Sequence record: PX393110.1
DNA: 64,000 nt
Reading direction: 5' to 3' (one strand)
From: a phage
The notes under the pieces are model-generated. The model was not told the DNA's origin and did no database searches. It saw only the letters and a program-made list of their open reading frames with translations. The position numbers and the translations under genes are program-made. The number at the start of each line of letters is the position of its first letter. Within the stretch, counting starts at the first letter, position 1. Shown one piece after another: positions 16,931 through 27,198 of this stretch.

Positions 16931-17086
16931 TTAAATCTTACATGCGTCCCCGCAGTCGTCGTCACCAGGCTGGCTGATAACTTCGTCTACGTTAACCATG
17001 CGATCTTCGACACGCTTAGATGCTTCGTCGAGTTCTTCCTGAGAAGGAATATTATTGAAGTCCAACTCTTCAGCAGATTTGCTCAT
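16931..17086 (-). CDS. Small acidic protein (51 aa; start refined)
   Basis: The track ORF 16931-17299 overlaps the neighbouring gene in another frame; the ATG at 17086 has GAGGAA upstream; product MSKSAEELDFNN...DDDCGDACKI. Confidence 0.4.
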   Translation of the reverse strand: MSKSAEELDFNNIPSQEELDEASKRVEDRMVNVDEVISQPGDDDCGDACKI

Positions 17087-17093
17087 AGTTTCC

Positions 17094-17429
17094 TCATAAG
17101 AACATTTTGACAAGATGTTTAGTACCGTTGATAGCAGCTTTCTTAGCAGCCGACTTAACATGAGCTTTAACTTTCTTATGTAAAGTCTTGGACTTAGCCT
17201 TATTTTTAAGGAGTCGTCCGGCAGCTTTAGCCCTACGCTTGATTCTGTTAGCTGATTCGGAAATAGCAATACCTTCCTCATCAGTAACATCATCAACATT
17301 AGACGAAGCTATCATCAGTAACTGATCATCGGTTAAACCAGCTGCTATGGTTTTGACGAATATTCCTTCATCGACATCACCAACAGCATTAAGGAGATCC
17401 TGTGATTTTGACATAATCTTCCCATACAT
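17094..17429 (-). CDS. hypothetical protein (111 aa, lysine-rich C-terminus)
   Basis: ORF track; AAGGAAG 7 nt upstream of the ATG at 17429. Confidence 0.45.
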   Translation of the reverse strand: MYGKIMSKSQDLLNAVGDVDEGIFVKTIAAGLTDDQLLMIASSNVDDVTDEEGIAISESANRIKRRAKAAGRLLKNKAKSKTLHKKVKAHVKSAAKKAAINGTKHLVKMFL

Positions 17430-17883
17430 TAATTACTTCCTTACCCAGAGATTTAGCATGGGTTACACAGTTACCTGTACCACCCTTGCTGCCATCCCAT
17501 AAGGCTAATCCCTTCTGACTACGGTTAACCATGTAACGGTTACGCACCATCATCTTGAAAGAATCATACCCAGGCTCGGAAACTATAATTGTGCGACGAC
17601 TTCTCCTGCAGAGCTCAGTCCATTTTTCTACATCTGCAGATCGCCACATCTTGGGCTGGTCAATCATAGGGACTGCTGCGAAATATGGTATTCCGAGGTT
17701 AGCACATGCTTGAGCACATGCCATGTCCCATCCTAAAGCCATACCCACGAACCAGCAGTCGACCTTATTTTCTTCGGTCAACCTCTGGATATGATGTTCG
17801 GCAAACTGGGTAAGCTGATCATGGCTAAAGATATCCCAGCCACCCAGTTTATCTGGCCTATGACCAGTGACGAACATAAACAT
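17389..17883 (-). CDS. Possible SLOG/YpsA-like Rossmann-fold protein
   Basis: 164 aa; TGHRP near the N-terminus and WDGSKGGTGN near the C-terminus, recalled as typical of YpsA/DUF1273-type SLOG domains; assignment from memory only. Confidence 0.3.
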   Translation of the reverse strand: MFMFVTGHRPDKLGGWDIFSHDQLTQFAEHHIQRLTEENKVDCWFVGMALGWDMACAQACANLGIPYFAAVPMIDQPKMWRSADVEKWTELCRRSRRTIIVSEPGYDSFKMMVRNRYMVNRSQKGLALWDGSKGGTGNCVTHAKSLGKEVINVWEDYVKITGSP

Positions 17884-18224
17884 TACTTCTTCTCTATCTT
17901 GGCCTGCTTAGCCTTAACTAAAGCCAATGCGTTAGCCAGTTTAGCAGAAGTATCCTGCGGACCATCTTCTTCGAGCTGTTTCTTCAGGGACTCCATACGA
18001 TCGGTAGTCCCTTTAGTATCCATCTCGATTAATTCGTTGATGGTCGACCCGCCGACGTTAGGTAACTTGCCGAGTTGCGACAAATCCTTAACTTCGGGGA
18101 TCTTAACGTGAAGTTGAATAGACTGGGATGCTCTCGCGAATGACCCAGCACGACGATTGTCTCCTACCTTATTATATAGGGAAGATAGGTTACCCAGGAA
18201 CGTAATGATATCAGCAGTTTTCAT
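17883..18224 (-). CDS. hypothetical protein with a helix-hairpin-helix-like motif (start refined)
   Basis: Track start at 18239 is a TTG; the ATG at 18224 has GGAGGA 6 nt upstream; LGKLPNVGGSTINELIE is HhH-like. Confidence 0.45.
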   Translation of the reverse strand: MKTADIITFLGNLSSLYNKVGDNRRAGSFARASQSIQLHVKIPEVKDLSQLGKLPNVGGSTINELIEMDTKGTTDRMESLKKQLEEDGPQDTSAKLANALALVKAKQAKIEKK

Positions 18225-18242
18225 ATTTGATTCCTCCAACGG

Positions 18243-18274
18243 TTTAACAGCCTTTGGACCTTACAAAAGAGCGG
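18243..18274 (-). promoter_or_regulatory. Conserved promoter-like motif, copy 10 (at the strand-switch region)
   Basis: TTTAACAGCCTTTGGACCTTACAAAAGAGCGG, about 20 nt upstream of the ATG at 18224. Confidence 0.5.
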
Positions 18275-18420
18275 TTTTTATTCAAAAAGAGTGTTAAAAT
18301 TAGGTTTTTGAGCTTTACAGGACGCCCCTGCGCTCTAAAGATAGGCCTCAAAAGGGTGTTTTTGTGAAGGTTGTCCGAGCCCCGTCCGGGACGTCTTCAA
18401 CTATAAACAGGAGAAATACA

Positions 18421-18894
18421 ATGGGCGAGTTAGCTAAGCAAAACTTAAGTACTATTCAAAAGGGTCTTTCCTTAGTTAATTCGGAGGGTTCTGAATCCGT
18501 TAACGTCAAAGCCCTACAAGGTAAAGAGATAGGCTTACAGATTCTCCAGCTAGGTCTGGCTGAGTCTGAGGCTAACCGAGTAGCCAAGCTTAACGGGATT
18601 ATCGAGATCCTCGAAAAGAAAATCTTTGATCCTGAGCGTCTGGACAGACTCACCGAGAAGGAGCAGATCGAGAGATATCAACTGGCATTAGCTAGTGCAT
18701 CTCAGTCGGCAGCATTCGTTAAATCGACCATTGGTTCGATTAACTGGACAGCTATCGAAGTATCTCTGCTGAGTCTGGCTTCCGCCATAGAGACTGCCAA
18801 TGAAGGTCAGTCTCCTAAGGATCGTAAAGATATGTCTACTATCGCCAATAACTTGATTAAGCAATTGGCGGAAGGCATTGGTCCTAAGGGGTAA
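18421..18894 (+). CDS. Putative terminase small subunit (by position)
   Basis: First gene of the plus-strand block, immediately upstream of the large terminase; ATG at 18421 with AGGAGA RBS (the track start at 18364 lacks an RBS). Confidence 0.35.
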   Translation: MGELAKQNLSTIQKGLSLVNSEGSESVNVKALQGKEIGLQILQLGLAESEANRVAKLNGIIEILEKKIFDPERLDRLTEKEQIERYQLALASASQSAAFVKSTIGSINWTAIEVSLLSLASAIETANEGQSPKDRKDMSTIANNLIKQLAEGIGPKG

Positions 18895-18897
18895 ACC

Positions 18898-20724
18898 ATG
18901 ACTGATGCATTAGATGAGTTTATTGAAGCATGTGGCTCTAGACTCGAAGCTATGCATCAGTTAGCGTTGATGAGTGGCTACGAGGAGCGGGTTCCGACGA
19001 TCCAGGATTTCATAATGGATCCGTACTACCTGGGTAAGTCTCTGGTAGATGCTGACGGTGTCTGCTCGGTCTATCCTATATGGATGGATGCTCTAGCTAA
19101 GATTTACCCTACTCCTTACACTTCACCAGCTGTAGAGATTTATCTAACTGGTGGTATCGGTCTGGGTAAGTCAACTGCTGCTAAGATTATCACTCTCTAC
19201 GACCTGTGCAAATTGCTATGTCTTAGAGATCCTCGCGCTCATTTTAAACTTCTGCCATCCACAGTAATTCGTTGGATGTTGATGAACGCCACTAAAGGTC
19301 TATCCTACGATGTACTCTACGCAGAGATCATCGAGTGGATAGAGAACAGTCCATTCTTCAAAGGTAAGATGACTGGTGGTAAGAATCCTCGTACTTTGTT
19401 CATTAAGAATGTGGACTTAGGATTCGGTTCTCGTGGTCAGGATGCTCTGGGGCAGGCTACCGTAGGTGCTATCTTCTCAGAGATAAACGACATGACCGTA
19501 GTTCATGGTCAGGCAGAAGATAACTTCGACACCATCTATACTCGTATGAACTCTCGTTTCGGGGGTAAAGGGGTAGAGATGATTGGCCACTTGATTCTAG
19601 ACTCTTCGAATAAGGGAAACCGTTCCTTTATCGATGTTCGTCTAGAGGATAAAGCCAAGAAAGGAATTAACGACTATCTGTTATTCAGATATGCCCACTG
19701 GGAAGCTAAATGGCACCTCGGAGGGTATTCTGGGGAAATGTTCTACGTCTATGCTGGTGACCAGTATCGAGATCCGTTTATCTTTGATGAGAATACTCTC
19801 AAGATTAAAGACGGTCTGGAGCCATCTCGTATTATCTCTGTACCTGTTGAACATAGACAGGAATTCGAGACTAACATTGTTAAGTCTCTCAGGGATCTTG
19901 CTGGTGTGTCTACATTCGGTACATGGTCGTTCATCTCGTCCTACGAGGTGCTTAACCGAGCAGCTGACCACATTAACCCTACTGAATCTAACGTGGTAGT
20001 TCTGGACTTCTTCGATAAGGAGCAGACTCTTCACCAGACTATAGATGTCCCCAGACTTGCCTTCCTTAATAAGAAGGATCGGTTCATCCATATTGACTTG
20101 GGTCTTAAGAACGACTCAACTGGTATAGCCTGTTCTTATCTCGATGGTTATGTAGACCAAGAGACCTATGATCCTCTGACCAGTACTCGCATGGTTACTC
20201 GTGAACCTAAGATTGTTACTGAGTGGGCATTAGAAATTACCTGCCAGCCTGGTCAGGAAGTCCCTATCTACAAGATTAAGAACTTCTTAATAGAAGCATC
20301 TCAGCAAGGTTACCCAATTAAAATGGTAACCACAGATGGATACCAATCCACGAACTTACGTCAGGATTTAACTCTGGCTGGGTTCGAGACTGCTCTGCTA
20401 TCTGTAGACCGGACTAAAGACCCGTATAACTACTTAAGAAACTCGATTCTCGAAGGTCGCAGCACTATTCCTGCTGTACCTAAACTGATCAAGGAGCTTA
20501 AAGAGTTGGAGGAAGGAGAAGGTAAGTTCGACCACCCTCCGTCGGGGAGTAAAGATATCGCGGATGCTGTCTGCGGATCTCAGTGGTCAGTTAAAGAGAA
20601 TATCCATAAGATAGGGTCTACTGCCACGGTTGAAGATCTTCAAGTTGCACTCCACGAACTTAATAAGTCTAGGGATGCGAAGGAGATGTTTCGGAACATT
20701 ATTAAGCAACGAGTGGGTGGCTAA
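18898..20724 (+). CDS. terL: Terminase large subunit
   Basis: 608 aa; Walker A GGIGLGKST in the N-terminal ATPase domain; C-terminal nuclease-like domain with conserved acidic residues (HIDLGLKNDSTG, VTTDGYQS). Confidence 0.8.
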   Translation: MTDALDEFIEACGSRLEAMHQLALMSGYEERVPTIQDFIMDPYYLGKSLVDADGVCSVYPIWMDALAKIYPTPYTSPAVEIYLTGGIGLGKSTAAKIITLYDLCKLLCLRDPRAHFKLLPSTVIRWMLMNATKGLSYDVLYAEIIEWIENSPFFKGKMTGGKNPRTLFIKNVDLGFGSRGQDALGQATVGAIFSEINDMTVVHGQAEDNFDTIYTRMNSRFGGKGVEMIGHLILDSSNKGNRSFIDVRLEDKAKKGINDYLLFRYAHWEAKWHLGGYSGEMFYVYAGDQYRDPFIFDENTLKIKDGLEPSRIISVPVEHRQEFETNIVKSLRDLAGVSTFGTWSFISSYEVLNRAADHINPTESNVVVLDFFDKEQTLHQTIDVPRLAFLNKKDRFIHIDLGLKNDSTGIACSYLDGYVDQETYDPLTSTRMVTREPKIVTEWALEITCQPGQEVPIYKIKNFLIEASQQGYPIKMVTTDGYQSTNLRQDLTLAGFETALLSVDRTKDPYNYLRNSILEGRSTIPAVPKLIKELKELEEGEGKFDHPPSGSKDIADAVCGSQWSVKENIHKIGSTATVEDLQVALHELNKSRDAKEMFRNIIKQRVGG

Positions 20725-22302
20725 ATGGCAGAAAACGAAGTGGTCTCTAAGCAAGACTTAGATGACAAACCTGGTTCTCGCCAGGAGGTCTTAGCAAAGT
20801 TGCTAGACGATACCATCACTATGAAGCATAGCGATGGATTGTTGGGCACGGTACAGGCTTACCTTACCGATCGCCTTACCAATATGGTAACCACTCGTGA
20901 AAAGTATTTCAACGAGCTGGCGAGATTTCGCTATAACTATATCACAGCTGGTATCTATGATATCATCTGTAATGACGTGCTCACCAATACGGATGATGGT
21001 GGATTCGTCATAGAAATTGAAGGTGATGAAGAACTGACTCGGGAGGCAAATGAGCTAATTAAAGCTCTAGCTATCCCAGACTTCCTCACTTCCATTTTGC
21101 CGGAGTTACTGCATTATGGATCATACCCCTTAAGACCGTCACTGGAAGATGGCGAGGGATTGATTGGGTTGGTGGATGATTTTGATCCTCGTGATGTTAT
21201 CGCAGTAACTGATTCATCCGGCCTTCCTATTTTCTTCTTCGTAAACTATACGACGAAGGATGCTGGGTATATAGACTATGAGTCTCGTCAGAAAATGGAG
21301 TATCTAGGCCCTCAAGAGGTATCTTACCTCTCTCTGGATCAGAACTTCATTAAGCTGCCGATTCCCGATAAAGTCACTGCCCAGATGAAGCGTAAAATCA
21401 CGGAAGAGCTGGGTGAAGATGAACCCATGGTTAAGCTCATGGGTAAGTCGATTAAAATTCGTTCGTCCTTATCATTCTTATGGGGATCTCTGGATAAGCT
21501 CAAGAATATCTTGATGCTGGATAAGGTTAACGTCTATAAGACGCTGGCTAACCTCCTAAGTCCGTCTGTAATCGGTGTTCCTCTTCCGAACAATAACGAC
21601 ATTAAGCAGATGAAGTCTATAGTCAACGACTATGACCAAATCATTAACAGTACTAACCTGTTTGCTGCTGATATGAGTAACCTCCAGTTTAATCTGCAGG
21701 ATATCGTATCAGTTAAAGTCGTTCCTATCTCTGGAGATCGGTCTGTACCTCAGATCCTGGATACTGGTAAGTCGGATAACACTATCGATCCGGAGAAGAT
21801 CAGATCCGAGTTAGAGGTTCTGTTACAGTCCTATGGTATTCCTCTGGAATTATTCCTTGGAAGCCTTTCCTCTAAGGATAACCTAAGGACGAATATTCGT
21901 TACGCTAAGAAGATCAAGCGCATCGGTAAGAGTCTGTGTAAATGGCTGCAGTATCTGCTGCTGTTACACTTCGGCTTTAAATACGAAAATCTGGATCTAG
22001 AGTTATCTGAAATTAAGGTAACCCTGAAGTCCTCGATTAACGTAGATGCTCTTGAGAATATGGAGACTCAAGATCTTCTTATCACAAGTATTAATGGTAT
22101 GACTGGAATGCTGGATTCTCTGAAGAACGAGATCGAGAACTCCAATTATACTATTGATAACGATGCTCTGCTTAAGGTAGTCGCGGATACTCTCGCAGAT
22201 ATAGGCTCTCCGTTCCATGGAGTAATTAAGCTTAAGTCTGAGGTACCAGTAACCCAGCAGACTCCTCCTGCTCCCCCAGAAGATGGTGAAGAGAATGAAT
22301 AA
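20725..22302 (+). CDS. Portal protein
   Basis: 525 aa, directly downstream of the large terminase with start/stop overlap; acidic C-terminus; assignment by size and synteny. Confidence 0.6.
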   Translation: MAENEVVSKQDLDDKPGSRQEVLAKLLDDTITMKHSDGLLGTVQAYLTDRLTNMVTTREKYFNELARFRYNYITAGIYDIICNDVLTNTDDGGFVIEIEGDEELTREANELIKALAIPDFLTSILPELLHYGSYPLRPSLEDGEGLIGLVDDFDPRDVIAVTDSSGLPIFFFVNYTTKDAGYIDYESRQKMEYLGPQEVSYLSLDQNFIKLPIPDKVTAQMKRKITEELGEDEPMVKLMGKSIKIRSSLSFLWGSLDKLKNILMLDKVNVYKTLANLLSPSVIGVPLPNNNDIKQMKSIVNDYDQIINSTNLFAADMSNLQFNLQDIVSVKVVPISGDRSVPQILDTGKSDNTIDPEKIRSELEVLLQSYGIPLELFLGSLSSKDNLRTNIRYAKKIKRIGKSLCKWLQYLLLLHFGFKYENLDLELSEIKVTLKSSINVDALENMETQDLLITSINGMTGMLDSLKNEIENSNYTIDNDALLKVVADTLADIGSPFHGVIKLKSEVPVTQQTPPAPPEDGEENE

Positions 22303-22549
22303 ATCTGAGCTGCTTATGCAAGCTGTTGATGAGTCTGCTGCTACTACGTACACGCTGACTCGCCTTGCAAAAGATAACAGCGATACCGTAAATGGTGTGC
22401 TGGATAACTTCCTCCGTGACGTGCAGATCCACGATGCTGGCGCTACTGCATCTATCGATGACAATGGCGATCTCATAGTAACTACTCGCCTCGGCGATGG
22501 TCTGACTTATATCATGGAAAAGTACGGCTTCGGCTACACTAAGTCGTAA
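22295..22549 (+). CDS. hypothetical protein (84 aa; start refined)
   Basis: ATG at 22295 overlaps the portal stop; the track ORF begins upstream inside the portal gene. Confidence 0.4.
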   Translation: MNKSELLMQAVDESAATTYTLTRLAKDNSDTVNGVLDNFLRDVQIHDAGATASIDDNGDLIVTTRLGDGLTYIMEKYGFGYTKS

Positions 22550-22561
22550 TAAGGAACCGCT

Positions 22562-23998
22562 ATGGAAGTAGTAGACTCGGTCAATGCTGTTGACTTAGTT
22601 GAGGTATCCGAGGCAGTCCAATTCGACGTAGTTGAAAATGCATCCGAAGTTGATGGAAAATACGTCCTAGCTAAAGCCGTAGGTCCTGCGTTCTTTCCTG
22701 GTCAAACCTCTGGTAATAAAGTTTATTACCCAGAGGCGCTCTGGGAAAAAGTGCTGGCTGATGGGGACGTTAATTCCCGGCTGCAAAACCGTACCATGTT
22801 TGGTACGATTGGTCACGACATTGAAGATATCAATGACGAGGTCATCCGTCGAGGCGAACTGTCTCATATCGTAACTAAACTTTTTGTAGATGATGCTGGT
22901 GTAGGTCGAGCTGAGTATCTGGTAGTCAATACCCCGACTGGTCAGATTCTCAACACGCTACTCCGAGCAGGCTCTAAGCTGCGGGTGTCTACAAAGGCTA
23001 AGGGAGCGCTATCCCATCCAGATGAGAATGGGGTCAAAACTCTCAGAAGCTACTATCTTAAAAGGATAGACTTCGTACTTACCCCCGGATTCGAGCAGGC
23101 ACTGCCCGAAGTAGCAGAGTCTCTGAACAAAATCCGTAACCAACTACCAGATCCCGTCGAGGAGAGTAAAATGGAACAGAACGAATTCATTGAGCACCTT
23201 AAGACTGAGAATGCTCAGCTGAAGGCTCAGGTTGATGAATCTAAACAGGCCAATACGGTCCTGAAAACTCAGCTGGAAGAAGCGAAGACCCAACTGGCTA
23301 CCGCTACCACCCAGCTGGCCGAAGTTAGCGAGTCCCTGGCTAAATACCAGACTCTGGGCACCTTCGAGCAGGTAGATGAGGCATTGACTAAAGGTGCTGA
23401 AACTATCACTTCTCTGAAAGAATCTCTGAACGAGACTATTGAAGAGTCTGCTCACGACATCCACGATCTGGAAGTCGTAGAAGAAGCTCTGGAGAAATAT
23501 AAAGAGCTGGGTACTCCAGAAGAGATCTCTGAAGCTATCGCCACCCTGAATGGACTGATCGAAGAGAAAGAGACCCAGGTCTGCGAATCTCTGGCCAAGA
23601 AATTCAAACGTAGCCCTAACATGATTAAAACCATGCAGACTGCGTTGGGTGGTCTGGATAAAGTCGAAGAAGCTCTGTTAGCCGAAGCTGCTGAACTGGG
23701 CATCAAAATCGACGAATCCGACGATGGCGAAGATAAAGGCGACGGTAAAGACGATAAGGGTGATGACAAATCCGACAAGAAAGATGGTGGGGATGACAAA
23801 GGCGACGACGCTGATGAATCCAAGAAAACTCCATCTAAAGTCGAAGAGTCTCTGAATCGCGTAAATCGCCTGGGTTCTCTGATGTCTACCAGACAGATCC
23901 GTACCAATCTGATTAATACTCAGAAAGTAGACGAGTCTGCCGGTAAAACTGCCGACGCACCTCAATCTCGTGCCGGTAAACTGATGTCTCGTCGATAA
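22562..23998 (+). CDS. Prohead protease / scaffold protein (N-terminal protease-like domain, C-terminal coiled-coil and acidic repeats)
   Basis: 478 aa; position between portal and capsid; central heptad-rich helical region; D/G/K-rich repeat DKGDGKDDKGDDKSDKKDGGDDKGDD. Confidence 0.5.
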   Translation: MEVVDSVNAVDLVEVSEAVQFDVVENASEVDGKYVLAKAVGPAFFPGQTSGNKVYYPEALWEKVLADGDVNSRLQNRTMFGTIGHDIEDINDEVIRRGELSHIVTKLFVDDAGVGRAEYLVVNTPTGQILNTLLRAGSKLRVSTKAKGALSHPDENGVKTLRSYYLKRIDFVLTPGFEQALPEVAESLNKIRNQLPDPVEESKMEQNEFIEHLKTENAQLKAQVDESKQANTVLKTQLEEAKTQLATATTQLAEVSESLAKYQTLGTFEQVDEALTKGAETITSLKESLNETIEESAHDIHDLEVVEEALEKYKELGTPEEISEAIATLNGLIEEKETQVCESLAKKFKRSPNMIKTMQTALGGLDKVEEALLAEAAELGIKIDESDDGEDKGDGKDDKGDDKSDKKDGGDDKGDDADESKKTPSKVEESLNRVNRLGSLMSTRQIRTNLINTQKVDESAGKTADAPQSRAGKLMSRR

Positions 23999-24053
23999 CA
24001 GACTCAGTATCCGTAAGTGTAATTTGACTTTCCATGATTAAGGACTAATTTTC

Positions 24054-25481
24054 ATGACTAAGCAGAATATCGTGCTGTCTAACGTCGACGAGGCTTCCGC
24101 AGATGTAATGGCTAACGCCTACTTCGACAAATACAGCGAACAAATGGATGCATACGCATCTAACTCCATCCTGGCTCGCGTTAACGAAAGCCTGTCTCCG
24201 TTCGAAATGATCGCTGTAGGTCAGACTCTGGACCAGTACCAAGGTTACCAGAAGTATGTCAACGAATCCATGAGCGGCCTGGCATCTATGGGTGCTATTC
24301 CGGCAATCGCTCTGGATGTTATCACCGCATCTGTCGGTAACTCTATCCTGCCTCTGGTCTGCTCTATCCAGCCGATCCCTGAAGAGCATGGTATTGTTTA
24401 CTATCGCCAGATTAAAGCATCCCAGACCTCCGGCGGTTACACTGCAGGCGACGTGATCCGTGATCCGCTGTCTCGTGATAATCCTGGTGAAGGTACCCTG
24501 GGTGCCCAGCGTCGTCAGCAGGTAATTGGTACCGGTAACGGCAGCGAAACTAACTTCGCCGCTACTCTGGAACTGTATCCGGTTCGTCCGAACATGGTCT
24601 TCGTCAACATCCCTGGTGTTGGTAACGGTCAGGACGACGGTAACGGTAAGATCCTGGGCTTCGGCTTCGATGGTACCATCAACTACAAAACTGGCGCGAT
24701 CACTATCGCAGCTAAAGCAGCTGTTCCTAACACTGCTCAGGTTGCTGTTCGCTTCGACGTTGATGTTGATCTGCTGGATAACCTGGATAAAATCCAGGCT
24801 GGCCTGATCTCCAAAGATATCCGTGCGGAAATCTGGACCCTGGCTGCTGATATCGGTACCTTCGCTAACTTCGCCTTCCAGAACCGCTTCGGTCGTTCTG
24901 CAGAAGATGAAGTCGCATCCGATCTGTCCAACGAAATCACTAACGTTCTGAACGTTCGTGCTATCAAACAGATCGCTGCGATGGCTATCGGCGAAACTAT
25001 CTGGGATCAGACTCCTCCTGCTGGTGTTTCCTATGCGGAACACAAACTGACTCTGGTTGATACCTTCGCTCGTGCTGAATCCGTGTTGCACAACAACGCT
25101 GGTGTAGGCTCGGTGAACCGTATCATCTGCGGTCGCTCTGCTGCTGCGGTATTCCGTGGTATGCCTGAGTTCACCCCAGCAGGTCAGTCTGTCGGTACTT
25201 CCGTATCTCTGTATGGCTTCTACGACGGCGTGCCGGTAATTCGTGCAACTGGTGTTATCGAAGATAACGCTGCTTATCTGATCTGCAACCCGGACGGTTA
25301 TTTCAACTGCCCGCTGGCATACTCTCCGTTCATGCCGCTGATCGTTACCGATACCATCCAGAACCCGAACAACCCGTTCCGCGGTACTAAAGCTGCTGGC
25401 GTTTGGGCTGGTATGACCCAGCTGAACCCGAACCTGGTAACCAAACTGACCTTCAAACTGGCTAACTTCTCTGGTAGCTAA
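24054..25481 (+). CDS. Major capsid protein
   Basis: 475 aa immediately after the scaffold and followed by a strong terminator; codon usage biased toward a highly expressed gene. Confidence 0.7.
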   Translation: MTKQNIVLSNVDEASADVMANAYFDKYSEQMDAYASNSILARVNESLSPFEMIAVGQTLDQYQGYQKYVNESMSGLASMGAIPAIALDVITASVGNSILPLVCSIQPIPEEHGIVYYRQIKASQTSGGYTAGDVIRDPLSRDNPGEGTLGAQRRQQVIGTGNGSETNFAATLELYPVRPNMVFVNIPGVGNGQDDGNGKILGFGFDGTINYKTGAITIAAKAAVPNTAQVAVRFDVDVDLLDNLDKIQAGLISKDIRAEIWTLAADIGTFANFAFQNRFGRSAEDEVASDLSNEITNVLNVRAIKQIAAMAIGETIWDQTPPAGVSYAEHKLTLVDTFARAESVLHNNAGVGSVNRIICGRSAAAVFRGMPEFTPAGQSVGTSVSLYGFYDGVPVIRATGVIEDNAAYLICNPDGYFNCPLAYSPFMPLIVTDTIQNPNNPFRGTKAAGVWAGMTQLNPNLVTKLTFKLANFSGS

Positions 25482-25507
25482 GATTTGATGCGTTAAGTTG
25501 GCATTAG

Positions 25508-25537
25508 CTACGGCCTCTTATTGAGGCCGTAGTTTTT
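25508..25537 (+). terminator. Rho-independent terminator after the capsid gene
   Basis: Stem CTACGGCCTC / GAGGCCGTAG (10 bp), loop TTATT, followed by TTTTT. Confidence 0.75.
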
Positions 25538-25630
25538 CTTGTTTTAATTTACTTTGACATATCTCGATTAGTCAAACTAAATTTAGTCAGGACGACACAC
25601 TAGCACTAACCACCAACCAAAGAGGTAGAT

Positions 25631-26341
25631 ATGTATAAGGTAACTAATAAGTCCGAGTACACTGTTCAAGCTAACCTGTCCGCAGACGGTCCGGTAAGCA
25701 TCGCTCCTAAAGAGAGTCTGACCATTCGTAACCCGTCTCGCGATTTCGTTAAAGAGATCGGTCGCGTATCTAACCTGCTTTCCTATACGGAAGTAAGTGG
25801 TGATGCGTCTGGCGATCAGACCGATAAAGACGAAGTGGTCGCAGCTGAGCCTGAACATCCGAACTCTCTGGACAAAGAGCCAGGTACTGTTATCCAGGGT
25901 ACTGCTCTGACCAAAGAAGAAATTAACACTGCTGCTGAGCGCTCTGATCATAAGATCAATGACAAAGTGCCCGATACTGCGGTAGTTGGCGCTAACCAGG
26001 ATGCTGCTGCACCTAAAACTGGTGGCGAGTCTAACGTCGCTCCTAAAGAAGTGACCGACGCAGAATTAAATAACGCTGGCGCTGCTGCTGGTGGTGAAGA
26101 TCAGGGTGCTGGTAATGCGGAAGATGCTTCTGCAGATAAATCCGACTCTGGCATCCGTCAGTTTACCGGTGAAGAACCCACCAAATCTGAAGAAGATGGC
26201 GAAGGTGAGCAGTACACTCGCGAAGAGCTGGAATCTACTCACTGGGCCACCGTTAAGAGCATCGCGGAATCTAACGGTATTGATTACACCAACAAAGGTG
26301 AAGCGATCACCGCTATTCTGGATGCTAAAGTAACCAAGTAA
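25631..26341 (+). CDS. Acidic low-complexity structural protein, possibly capsid-associated
   Basis: 236 aa; Ala/Asp/Glu-rich; C-terminal ELESTHWATVKSIAESNGIDYTNKGEAITAIL resembles a small helical Rho-N/SAP-like module. Confidence 0.35.
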   Translation: MYKVTNKSEYTVQANLSADGPVSIAPKESLTIRNPSRDFVKEIGRVSNLLSYTEVSGDASGDQTDKDEVVAAEPEHPNSLDKEPGTVIQGTALTKEEINTAAERSDHKINDKVPDTAVVGANQDAAAPKTGGESNVAPKEVTDAELNNAGAAAGGEDQGAGNAEDASADKSDSGIRQFTGEEPTKSEEDGEGEQYTREELESTHWATVKSIAESNGIDYTNKGEAITAILDAKVTK

Positions 26342-26374
26342 TAGCTAAAATTCAACGAGCCTACGGAGCATAGT

Positions 26375-26911
26375 ATGGATATTCGCAGTTTAGTTCTCCA
26401 GGGAACAGATACTCTCAGGAAGAATCAATATCCTACTGGTAAAGTAGGCTCGTTCGATTTTAACTATGTTATGAGAAATAAACAGCTCATCGTTAAATCT
26501 CAGGCACGCCCTTCCAGTGGTGAATCGTATTCGGCATATCAGTCCCAGATTGTATTCTCTGGAGTAGGTTATTCTGATGTTCCGTCTCCTGATTTCCCTC
26601 TGACGTACAATTCTCCTAACGGGAAGATTTATCTTCAGAAGCCTACCACTCGGAATACTGTCCAGATCAGATGTTCTTGTAAGGACGATTATTTCATGTG
26701 GCAGTACCCTAATAAGTCTAAGGGTGCTCTCCTGGGTAGATTTAAGCCGTATGTACGTAAAACAACGGATCGTCCTCCTAGAAACCCAGGCAACGTACCA
26801 GGAATGTGTAAACATGCTCTGGCTCTCGTGAAGAATCTGTTTTCTATGGGAGTTCTCCAGCCTGATTCTCAGGTACAAGAGTACTTATCAAGACCAACTA
26901 GGAGTATATAA
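26375..26911 (+). CDS. hypothetical structural protein (178 aa)
   Basis: ORF track; RBS; head-to-tail packing with neighbours. Confidence 0.45.
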   Translation: MDIRSLVLQGTDTLRKNQYPTGKVGSFDFNYVMRNKQLIVKSQARPSSGESYSAYQSQIVFSGVGYSDVPSPDFPLTYNSPNGKIYLQKPTTRNTVQIRCSCKDDYFMWQYPNKSKGALLGRFKPYVRKTTDRPPRNPGNVPGMCKHALALVKNLFSMGVLQPDSQVQEYLSRPTRSI

Positions 26912-27198
26912 TGGTAACTGCAGCAGAAGTTCTTTCGTCTGTTGACGAAGCCACTTATACGATCAAGCGCATCAAACAGATTCGTGACGGTCGTCTGGTG
27001 ATTCGTCAGAAGCGTCAGTACGCTGGTCCGGCACCTAAGCCAGGATTTAAGCGTAATCCTCAGACTGGCAACATCGAGAAGATGACAGCTACTGAGCACC
27101 GTAAGCGTTCTAAAGCTGTCCGTAAGGTACAGCGTAAGGCCACGGTTAAGCTGAAACGCGCTAAATCAATTCGTCGCAGAGAGGCTATGGGGTTATGA
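26911..27198 (+). CDS. hypothetical protein (95 aa, basic)
   Basis: ORF track; start/stop overlaps on both sides. Confidence 0.45.
   Translation: MVTAAEVLSSVDEATYTIKRIKQIRDGRLVIRQKRQYAGPAPKPGFKRNPQTGNIEKMTATEHRKRSKAVRKVQRKATVKLKRAKSIRRREAMGL

Noticed and set aside
24045-25091. 348-aa minus-strand ORF inside the major capsid gene
   Set aside because: Antisense shadow ORF of a strongly codon-biased gene, opposite to the uniformly plus-strand late operon.
25554-25584. Sigma-70-like promoter (TTGACA, 17-bp spacer, CTAAAT) downstream of the capsid terminator
   Set aside because: The -35 is perfect but the -10 matches only 3-4 of 6 positions; kept as a possibility, not annotated.
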